From Octopus sinensis (Eukaryota), in NCBI RefSeq assembly GCF_006345805.1, contig NC_043011.1:41738464-41802463 (forward strand): a stretch of DNA of 64,000 bases, written 5' to 3'. The first letter of the stretch is position 1. Each line of letters opens with the position of its first letter. A program made the translations under genes and the position numbers. Positions 25,873 through 37,060 of this stretch are shown here, piece after piece. Below the pieces are notes generated by a model that ran no database searches, was not told where the DNA came from, and saw nothing but the letters and a program-made list of their open reading frames with translations.

Positions 25873-28588
25873 TATATTATGGCTAGATGAAAACTAGTAA
25901 GGTCATCACTAGAATATGTTTGAGTATTGGTCGACTGAAGGAGGACTTACTTAGGGTTTCGACAACCTAAGATGCTGAAGAGTAAAAGGAAAATAGTGAA
26001 ATGATGAAATCAGTAGATTTTTTAGAATATCTAATTCTGCTGTATTCCATGATGCCACAGCTCTGGTACTGCAGACATGATTAGAATGTCACAGGAAAGA
26101 ATTTGCTAGGGAAATCCTTCAAGTTGAACCAACCAGTGGGAAACCTAGGCATAGACCAAGAATGAGCAGGAAAGTGTAATGACATTTGCATCTGATAGGA
26201 CCCTACAGAGGAGGGGCCAGAGGACTAGCAATAATGGGCAGAGAAGATGGATGGGAAATAAGAAATGGTATTAGCTGTAAAACAGAAAGGAAAAATTTTG
26301 AAATAGCAATCAGAGTGACTATAAACAGTTACCTCTTCTTTCTAAATCTTTTACAGTTCTCTTGCCTGTTTTCTTCGAAAATTCTTCCTTTTTTTAAAAT
26401 TTTTTGATGAATATTTTTGATTGTTTTTTGGTACTATTTTCTTAGGTCTTTTATCTTTTTTCATATTACTAAAAAAAATCAGTTCTTCAATAATCTATCT
26501 ACCTTTTCACTTTGTGCAGGTGACACATAAGGCTTCCACTCTCTCTCTCTCTCTCCCTCTCTCTCTCTCCATGTTGTCCTATCAATGGCTGTGTTTTGTA
26601 CCTGGCTCCCTGTTCTTCATCCACCAGCCTGCCTCTCTCTTTTTTTTGACAGTTCTTCTCCAGATGTTCTTGAGTCTTTCATGCTTCCTCCTCTTCAAAG
26701 ACTCATGTCATGGCTGTCATACAGTTGCCATTGAGATCTTTCCTTAGGATATGTGGCCAGTATACTTCCACTTCCTTTTCCATTATTGTCTACTCATCCT
26801 TTCCATCCCTGCTCTTTCAACCACCACATCACTCTTTGTGTAATTTTGCCACCATATCTTTAGAATGCACCCCAAATATCTGGTCTGGAAGACATTCTTT
26901 TTAATATCTACCATCAGATCCAATTGGTCATTCTTCAGAACTTTTCTCATTTGAAATTTCAATCCGATTTAATTTAGATGTTTCCACAAATTAAGAAATT
27001 TTTGAAATTTGTTTTATCTGTTCAAATTCTAATTTCCAAATGCTTTTTTTCATGTGTTTATATAATTTACTGTTGAAATTTCAATCTTCACATTTTAAAA
27101 TTTCTCTTCTATATGATTGCTTTTCTTCAACTAATTAAGGTTTTACAAAACATCTAAAATTTCAGTTTCTGATATTTTAAACTAAAAACAATAAAACTTT
27201 GATCTTTTATATACTCAATATACATACATACCAAAGTACATACATGATGATAAACACACATATATGCTTGCATGCATGCATACATACATACATACAAGTT
27301 ATCCAGGAAGTTTTGCTCAGTTTTAGTAAAAATTTGTGACCGATCAGTAGTAATTATTCAATCATTTTAATTTGGACTAATTATACTTTTAAATAAATAG
27401 GAAATCGTTACCAGAAAAGAAATTGGAATAGTTTAATTAATTCATCAACTAAATTATAACTCATTAAATTTAGAACATTATTATTTTTGGTTTTTTACAA
27501 GATCACTTCCCACTCATATGGTTTTGAGTTTAGTTCCATCACATGGCACCCTGGGCAAGTACTATAGTCCCAGGAATACCAAAGCATTGTGAGTGCATAT
27601 GGTAGATGGAAACTGGAAGAAGCCTGTTGTAAATGTGTGTATTTGTGTCCCTTTGTCTTGACAGTATATGAGAGTTGTAAACGAGTGTCACTGTCATACA
27701 AGCGGTATTCTTCATTTGCAATCTTACATGGAATCATGTTTGACCATGAGGAAATCTTACCTCGCTACCGAATGGGTGGGAGTTGGTGATAGGAAGGGCA
27801 TAGAAAGACCTGAAACATCAAATTCAATCTGACCCATGGAAATGTGGACATTAAAATGGTCATCATGATTGTATTAATATGAATATTACAATGAAGGCAG
27901 CAAGCTGGCAAAATGCTTAGCAGCGTTTCATCCATATTTACGTTCTGGGTTCAAATGCCACCAGGGTCGACTTTGCCTTTCAGGGTCGATAAAATAAGTA
28001 CCAGTTACACACTAGGATCAAAGTAATTGACTTAGCCCCTCCCCTGAAATTGCTGGCCTTGTGCCAAAATTTGAAACCACTTAGTATTATAATGCCTGGT
28101 CAGTGAAGGCATATGGCCTCATGGTTAGGGATGTTCAACTCATGATTATAAAGTTGTAGATTCAATTCCTAGACTCATTGGCCCGCTGTGTCCTTGAGCA
28201 ATGCTCTTTCTTCCAGTCTGCTCAGCTGCAAATGGATACAAGCTGAACACTGGTACATCCCCCCTTCTCTGCTCTCTATCTCTTTCTTTCTCTCCAGTTG
28301 TCACTTTGTCAATGTTTTGCTGAGTCAAGGGTGGGGGAGCCTGCTTGCAATCACACAGGTGCCTCAAACAATGAGTGAAAGCATGGTACATACCACTAAG
28401 GCATACTTACTCATGAATAATGGTTGGCTGTAAATCTTTATGCCTAATCAAAATTGAATTGAATAATTTTAACTCACTTTATATTTTACTGATTGATTCA
28501 TCAAATTTTAGCTAAATTGAGCGGGACTTTCTGGACACTCTTTGTGTGTGTGTAATACATATATATTTATACATACATGCATACATAC

Positions 28589-28646
<58 letters not shown>

Positions 28647-29223
28647 AATCCAAACGGGAAACAAAAAAACAACAACAATGGAACAATTACAGTATTATTA
28701 TTAATAGGCGCTCAGGAAAAGGAATGTGTGTGTGTACATACATACAGACATGGTATTCAAAGATTATGCAAATAGATCAAACATATTTACAAGCTAGCAT
28801 GTAGAGTTTGGTATATGGGTATCTATGTTGTAATTATAACATTAATCTTATGCCGTCATTTCGAGATGACATCTGGCTTAATGTTATTCCAAATAGATTT
28901 GGTGATAGTGTATGAAGATTCTTTGTCTTGTCATGGATGATGGCCAAATTAGTTTGGATCAGCATCCACCCACTTATCTATACGAAATGATGGTATGAGC
29001 TTTAATAGTAAAGTTAAATGACAATATAAACACAGGCAATTAAGATATATATATATATATAAATAAATGTGTGTGCGTGCACAACACATATTTACATGTG
29101 TGTGCGTGTACATATATATATATGTGTATGTGTTTACATATATAATTACATGTAAAAATGTATGTGTGTGTGTATATATATATATATCCTAATATAATAA
29201 TGAGCATTGTGTTTTTATATATT

Positions 29224-29274
<51 letters not shown>

Positions 29275-29587
29275 ACTCAATATATATATATATTTGTCCA
29301 GAATCACGCCAGATGCAGAGGAGAGAAAATAGTAATTCAGTGAAGGAGAAGTAGTGAGAGTAATAGCCCTAACTGAGAGGGAGTGAAAGAAAGTAATGGC
29401 AATGAGGGAAAGGAAGGGATGATAGATGAATAAAGAAGGAAGGGGTGAAGAAAAATCAGCGTTTCAACTCTGTGTGAGTATATGTGTGTGCGTTGACAAG
29501 GGAAGTATGTCAAAGTGTTATTATTATGTACCTTATTTATATATAAAATACTACAATTGCCGTCATTATTGACAGAACATGGTGAGC

Positions 29588-29638
<51 letters not shown>

Positions 29639-31971
29639 AATATTAACATGTGTGCATATGTTTGTGTGTGCTTGTGTGTATGTATGTATATGTAAGTATG
29701 CATGAATGTGTGTATATATTCAGACACCCTCTCCTTTATCTTTGTATTTGTATATACATATGTCTGTTTGACCATCTGTTTACACCAATTTTTTTGGCAA
29801 ACATTTTCAAATTCTTCCTTTGTTTTTTTTTTTCTTTTTGTTTTCTTCGTTGGGGTTTTTCTCTGACTTCTGCAGGAAATTGAGGTAAGTTGCAGTCCCT
29901 GTGGATTCATTTAGAATGTTCTGGCAAAGCTGAGCAATTTCTCTTGTGTTCTTCAAACTAATTTAACATTTGTTTTAGTTTCTGTTTTAATAACAGAACA
30001 AAATTTTGATTTTTCCTCTATATTATTAGAAAATATTTGAATTTATCTAAATAATATTATTAGATAAACTAGAATAGTATTTGTTTAAAAACAATTTTTT
30101 TAATGGCTGAAATCTCTTGATTTGTTTAATTTTTGTTGTTGTTGTTGTTAGGATTTAGTTTCTTTTTAAATTCAGATGAAAATATCAAAATTTGTTTTTT
30201 GTCTAGTTGGTATATGCATCTGAGGCAGTATTAAATTAAAACAGCCATCTATGTAAAATACTCAATGTATATACACCACTGATAGGCCATTTACTATGGC
30301 TTTTGTCCTGAGATAACATCTGTTATGGTGTGTTAGAAACACCATTAATATCATCTTGTACCAGTTTACAATGAGTGTTCCAGTTGATTTGCTCAGCAGA
30401 ATAGCCAGCTTGTGAAATTGATGTGCAAGTGGCTGAGCACTCCACAGACACACGTACCCTTAACGTAGTTCTCAGGGAAATTCTGTGTGACACAGAATGT
30501 AACAAGGCTGATCCTTTGATTTACATGTACAACTCATTTTAGCCAGCTGGAGGAACATGAAATAAAGTGTCTTACTGAAGGATGCAACGTGCCACCGGAA
30601 ATTGAACTCTTGCCCTTACGATTATGAGCTGAATCCCTTAACCACTGAGCCATGTACCTTCTCACTAATATTTATTGTGTTTTAAACACAGCACATCCAT
30701 AACAGATGTTACCACAGGACAAAATACTGCAGCATATGCCCCATCAACAGTGTATATACATTATGATAGCTGGATGGCTATTTTATTTATTCAATTATTT
30801 ATTATAAAATGCTTTTTTTAAAAAATAATTAAACTTATTATTCCCTTAGAATTAAATATGAATTTTTTGGTTTCTGAAAATTTTCATTGCTTTAGTTTGG
30901 AATTGTTCCTCTTAAGTTTGCAAATTTTTGCATTTTTCTTGGTAAAGCTTCTTAATGAATGAAAATAGTTAGCGCCAGGAAATGCATGTGAATGTTGAAA
31001 CCTTGCTTGACCTGCTTTTAAGCTGAAATGTATGTGTAAATACAAACCCCTTTAAAAAAAAAAAACCTCCTAAAAGGGATTTTAAGGGGCCACTGCTTAG
31101 CTCCAGCTTTTTGGTATAAGGTGCATGTGAGATAAATTTTGTCTTGATTGAATGCCTGTCTGTTACACAGCAAACAAAGATTTCTACAAGATTTGGTATT
31201 TATTCCTGACAGAAGAATTGAGGTAATAGAGAATCTAATGTTTTGTCCCAAAACGCAGTGAAGTACCCAAGGTGAATCCAAACTCTTGACTGATGAACAG
31301 CTAATTCAATTCTCTGAAACATCCACTGGACTATCTGTCTTGTACAGCCATGAAGCCAAATTAATTTTCTTGTTGTTTCCTCTTAGGTTTGAACTCAACA
31401 CTTCCAGGATTATAAAAGTTTTCTGCACGCAATGTTCCTGACTCAACTGTAGAAGTACTTAGTGTGTATTTAGAGCTTGTTGGACTGTTTCAATAACAGC
31501 TTCGTTATTTGTCTAATCACATAGTACATCTATTTTAACAACTAACTGGACGTGTGTGTGTGTGTGTGTGTGCGTGAGATCATCATGGTCTAACATCCAT
31601 TTTCCATGCTGGCATGGGTTGGACAGTTGGTAAATCTGAGAACCGCACCAGGCAACATAATCTGCTTTGGCATGGTTTCTACAGCTTGGTGTCCTACCTA
31701 ATGCCAACCATTTCACAGTGTGCAATGAGTGCTTTCTTGTAGCACCAGCACTGGTGAGGTCACCAAGTACCCTCATGATAAGAACCTTCAATTGAGTGGG
31801 GTATTGTGCTGAGGGATAAGAAAGTAAGATAAAGGGACAGCAGTTATGTAATTACCTTCATTGGCTTACATCCATTTTGGCTATCAGAAACTGAGGATCC
31901 AACAATTGGATATAGGTACTGCTGTGGGAAAATAGAATTGTGTGTGTGTGTGTGTGTGTAGGGTATAGATA

Positions 31972-32528
31972 TGAGGGTTAGTCAAAAAGTAATCCTATTT
32001 TGTTTAGGACAGGTATAATTACCAACACAGGAACATGTATCATACATCAAAATGAAGCTGGTCCTCTGTGGATCACATCCCTACTCCTCAACGTAGTCAC
32101 CATTTCTCTCAATAGCAATGTTCCACCTTCGAATGAGAGCATGTATCCCTGCTCTGTAAAATTTTGTTGACTGTTCTTTGATCCACTTCTTCACTACAGT
32201 TTTCATTTCCTCGTCACTGGAATAATATTTGCCTCTCAAACCCTCTTTTGTGGCGCCGAAGAGATGATAGTCTGAAGGCACTAAATCTAGTGAGTTTGTA
32301 GGTAGTGAAGAAGTGGCTCAAAGAACAGTCAACAGAATTTTACAGGGTAGGGATACATGCTCTCATTCAAAGGTGGAACATCGATATTGAGAGAAACGGT
32401 GACTATGTTGAGAAGTAGGGGATGTGATCCACAGAGGACCAGCTTCATTTTGATGTATGATACATGTCCCTGTGTTGGTAATTATACCTGTCCTAAACAA
32501 AATGGCATTACTTTTTGACTGACCCTCG
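31972..32528. mobile_element. Fold-back mariner derivative: two inverted copies of the transposase 3' end plus TIR
   Basis: TA-(C/T)GAGGGT(C/T)AGTCAAAAAGTAAT termini and about 228-bp inverted arms. Minus ORF PSDYHLFGATKEGLRGK..RWNIAIERNGDYVE is a typical mariner C-terminus. Confidence 0.88.
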
Positions 32529-32883
32529 TATATAGAAGAAACCTGAGGAAAAGGAAAGCATGGAAAGAAATTTTGAGAGTTGATCTCATGAGATGACAAA
32601 GGACTGCAGCGAGTGAAAACATGCTGTGTTCAATCCATGGCTGCAAAATAAAACAAAAACTAACATGGTAATGATAACAACAGCAGTGACAATATATAGC
32701 AGTAGAAATAAATTGATTACAAATTGTAAAGCTCAAAAAAAAAAAAATTAAATAAATAAAGGAACCTACATATATGTTTCAGTCTTATCACCTAGTTGAT
32801 CAGAATTTCTAAGCATTTGGAATACCTTGGGTTATTTAATCCCTAATGAGGATATAACCTCCTCAAATTAACTATACATATAT

Positions 32884-32976
<93 letters not shown>

Positions 32977-33587
32977 TACCATGACCGACCAGGCTATCAG
33001 ATGTTGCTACACATTGCCAGTCACAATGCGCTTTGCATTGTTTTAGCCTTCAAATGATGCCACCCCACTGGCTAAGCAAGCAGGCCAACAGAAGAAAGAT
33101 TGAGAGAAAGTTGTGGCAAAAGAGTAAAGCAGGGATCACCACCCCCACCCCCCTGCCAGCGCCTCATGAAGCTTTAGGTGTTTTCACTCAAGAAACACTC
33201 ACAACGCCCGGACTGGGAATCGAAGCCGTGATCCTCTGACCATGAGTCCACTGCCCTAACCACTGGGCCATTGCGCCTCCACATATATACACACACACAC
33301 ACAACACACACACTATGTTACAATATATGTATATAATTATGTGATCATGTGACTGACCAAACTTGTAGCTTTTGAATGATGCCACGCCACTGGATAGGTG
33401 AGCACACCACTATGTTCACCCTGACCGGAAGGCCTGTCCATCACAGGATGGTCACCTATTTACAGCTGAGTGGACTGGGGCAATGTGAAATAAAGTTTTT
33501 TGCTCAAGAACACAACACAGTCTTCAAATCGAACCTTCGATCTAGTGATCATGAATGCAACACCCCAACCACTAGGTCATGTGCTTT

Positions 33588-33626
<39 letters not shown>

Positions 33627-35306
33627 ATATATGTTTTATGTACTATATGTATGTCTAATGTACTATAATAGATGTGATGTTGAATGAAGAATTTTCTTTG
33701 TTATTAAATATCTCTTGTAGAGTTTATTTAACCTTTCAGAAGTTGAAGGTATTTTTTTCCCTATGCCATTCTATTCCATTCCTCAGACATTTTGAATTTT
33801 CTAGCTTCAAAGTTTAAAAAATATATTAAAACTAAAAAAAAAAAGCAGTATTTGGTGTGTTTTTTTCATCTCTTTCTTCCTTTTTTATTTTTCTTGTTAT
33901 ATATTTAGCCCAAGAACATTTTATACTTCAATTTTAATATGAAATTATATTGTAATCATATCCGCCGCCACTTTATAATTTACCAAATTCCAACATTCTC
34001 TGTTGTCTCTGTAACAGAAGATATGTTTTTGCTTAATGTTTTTTTTTGTTTAGTATTTTTAGTATTGCTTTTGAGGGGTTTCTTTTTTTTTTTTTTTTTT
34101 TAAATTCTTGTAAAATATTCTTATCTTTTTCCACTTTCTTCTGTCAGTAAGAAGCTGTGAAACTATTCCACATCATCTCTTTATCTGAGATGAAAATTGG
34201 TACGAGTTGACGGATTCTATTAATATTTCGTCAAGTCTTTCAATAACCAGCAACAAACTACTTTCTTCTTCTTTTCTATCTTCTTCTTCTTCTCCTTCTT
34301 GTTCTTCCTCTTCTCCTTCTTCTTCTCTTCTTCTTCTTCTTCTTCTTCTTCTCCTCTTCCTCTTCCTCTTCTTCATTTTCATCTTTGTCATCATTGTTGT
34401 CTTCTTCGTTATTCTCTTCCTCTTCTTTTTTTTCTCCCCCTCCTTCTCCCATCTATTAGGCATCTGAAAGGCTTTTGTTTCTCACAGCATTTTTTACTTT
34501 TTTATTCTTTCTTTCTCTCTTTCTCTTCCCTTCTATTATTCTGTCAATCTAGTTTCTATCATCATCATCGTTTAACGATTTCCTTCCATGCTAGTATGGT
34601 TCTCTCTCCCCTCTCCCTCTCTCTTTTTCCTCCCCCTCTCTCTCATATCTCACTCTGCTTTTTGTCTTTGATTCATTCACTTAATCACTCATTCTTTTCT
34701 ACTTTTGTGTTTCTTTAATCATTCCTCTATTCTCACATTCTGACCATTACATTAAATCTACGTTGGAACCCAGCTAAGTTAATTTGACTTCATTTATTAA
34801 AGATCAATAAACTAAATTTTAAAAATCAACAAAACCAAAACAAAAATCATTTTCTCCCCACCCACTACCCATTCCCTAAATATATTTTGTTTTTTTTTTT
34901 CTCTCCTCATCCATACATAGCATGTGACAGCAGATATAAACGAGATTATTTTTAGGATTAATCTAGGCTGGAACCTGGAACAAATACTTTCAATGTATTT
35001 GAAAGTATTTCATTTTTGATTCTTGCTTTTACATGTCATGCTTATAAAATCAAAAACGGTGCAGTGCCTATGATTTTCAGAAATATTTCTTTTTTTTTTT
35101 TTGCATGCTCACAGTTGCTGAAGCATGGAACATACTAAATATTATTATTATTATTTGAGGGAGATTTAACTACTATTACTTCCAGGTCAAGCCACCATGT
35201 AGAGGCCTCCCTCTATGGTTTGTATATAAAAACATACAACTGGCACTCCGTTGGTTATGGTGGCGAGGGTTCATTTTGATCCAATCAATGGAATAACCAG
35301 CTTGTG

Positions 35307-35737
35307 GGATCTTTTCGGTTTGAACGGCAGTTTTTAAAAATAATTTCCACGTAACTAAACACTTTTAAACTTCGTATACTGGTAGAATGTGTTTATAAAA
35401 CATCTTTTTCTCTTGGCTTTATTGAGAAAATTCTACAGTTTGTAAGATATTTGTTGTTTTTTTCTTCAATTTCTGCAATTTCAACTAATCAATGATGTCT
35501 ATTGAGGTAAAAAACATTCTGTGCCATATGAATATGTCCCTCGTTTAAGAAACATATTGGGTTTATTTACATTTGTGAAGAAAAAAAGATACCCTTCCCC
35601 CCACCCCTAACCCTAACCCTAATTAACCCTAACCCTAAAACAGATTGAAATGCAATAGATCGATACTAGGGTCATAATTATGGGTGACAATTTCATGACA
35701 CCGCTAGAAAAAACTGCCGTTCAAACCGAAAAGATCT
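35307..35737. mobile_element. 431-bp MITE with about 29-bp TIRs and a probable 8-bp TSD, containing (CCCTAA)n, inserted into a family D SINE
   Basis: TIR GGATCTTTTCGGTTTGAACGGCAGTTTTT / AAAAACTGCCGTTCAAACCGAAAAGATCT; flanks AGCTTGTG (35299-306) and TGCTTGTG (35738-745). Confidence 0.85.
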
Positions 35738-36440
35738 TGCTTGTGAATTTAATGTGCAAGTGGCTGAGTATTCCACAAACATGCATCCCCATAACACAGT
35801 TCTTGGAGAGATTCAGTGTGACATAGAATGCGAGAAGGCTGGCCCCTTTGAATTACAGGTATGACTTAGTTTTACCTGCTGAATGGATTGGAACAATGTG
35901 AAATAAAGATACAGTTCACTACTGGATATCGAACTCACAGCCTTATGATCATAAGCCAAATACCCTAACCACTTGGCCGCGTATCCACTACTTATATATA
36001 CATAAGACCTACACATTGTTATTATTATTACTTACTACTTCATATTGCCAAAAAGAGCAAAAAAATGGTAAAATAAAGCAGAAAAATAAAACAAATGGTT
36101 CTGTAAATATTTTGAAAATGTTTGTTTCAAATTCTTAGCATTACCAAATTTTGTTAATTCCTTAAGTTTTTAACAGTTGTTGGGACCTCTTTGAGGAGAA
36201 AAACCAAAGAATACTTTGCCAAAATATGAAGATGGTGATGCAAAGTGTGTCAACTACTTCCATCAATCAATCATTTATAAAATTTTACCATTCTTTTGTG
36301 CTTATCTCCTCCTTTGTCCTGACCCCTCTATGATTAGTTCACACTTTGAAATGTCTTTACAATTTCCTATTTCCTTGGCAAATAGCACACAAGTTATGCA
36401 TTTATTCTGGATAAGCTGTAAATATTCAAGCATATAATAA

Positions 36441-37060
36441 ACATTATTTACATTCGACGGATATTTTCCCTCATCTTGTTTGTTAACACAACATTTTGGC
36501 TGATATACCCTCCAGCCTTCATCAGGTGTCTTGGGGAAATTTCGAACCTGGGTTCTCATTCCTAAGATATTTTTCGATGTCTTCTCCTCCTCCTCCTCCT
36601 CCTCACTGCTTGGAATCAAACTCAGAATCTTGGGGTTAGAAGCCCGCACTCTTAACCACTATGCTATATGCCCATGGGCAATTATGGAGTGAATTTTAGG
36701 GCTCATAAATCTAGTAGTTTCTTATCCTTCCTTAAGAAGCAGTACACATCCTAGGAAACAACAACCTTCTAAGCAGACCGAGTGCAGATATGAGTAGCAT
36801 ATGGGAACCAGTATTAAGGAAGGATATGAAAATATGAGATTTATAAGCCCTAAAATTCACTCCATAATTGCCCACGGGCATATGGCGTAGTGGTTAAGAG
36901 CATGGGCTACTAACCTCAAGATTCTGAAAAATACCTTAGGAATGAGAACCCAGGTTCAAATTTTCCCCAAGACACTTGATGAAGGCTGGAGGGTATATCA
37001 GCCGAAACGTTGTGTTAACAACAAACAAGATGAGGACAAATATCCGTCAAATGTAAATAA
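36441..37060. mobile_element. 5'-truncated Penelope-like element: inverted terminal-repeat copy, GIY-YIG-like C-terminus and direct terminal repeat
   Basis: Inverted arms 36441-36735 and 36814-37060. 36736-36837 reads EAVHILGNNNLLSRPSADMSSIWEPVLRKDMKI*, resembling PLE endonuclease C-termini (EAxHI..N.LNR....S..W.P.L). Both arms carry the hammerhead-type motif. Confidence 0.7.
36971..37016 (+). ncRNA. Minimal type I hammerhead ribozyme-like motif (this copy has C3 changed to U)
   Basis: GACAC (stem I) TTGATGA A GGCTG-gagggtatat-CAGCC (stem II) GAAA CGTT GTGTT (stem I'). The other copies keep CTGATGA, so the four-copy consensus has an intact core. Confidence 0.6.

Noticed and set aside
23390-26900. 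Additional LINE-like scraps around the Tc1 element (about 23390-23580, 25900-26280, 26560-26900)
   Set aside because: They are suggestive of RTE 3' ends but too decayed to give reliable boundaries or class.
28912-28992. Possible alternative first exon (MKILCLVMDDGQISLDQHPPTYLYEMM followed by GTATGA)
   Set aside because: It ends in phase 0 while the next exon (42727) needs phase 2; no homology recognised; such short ORFs arise by chance.
35605-35638. True telomere or chromosome-fusion site
   Set aside because: Only about five units, enclosed within MITE TIRs inside an intron.
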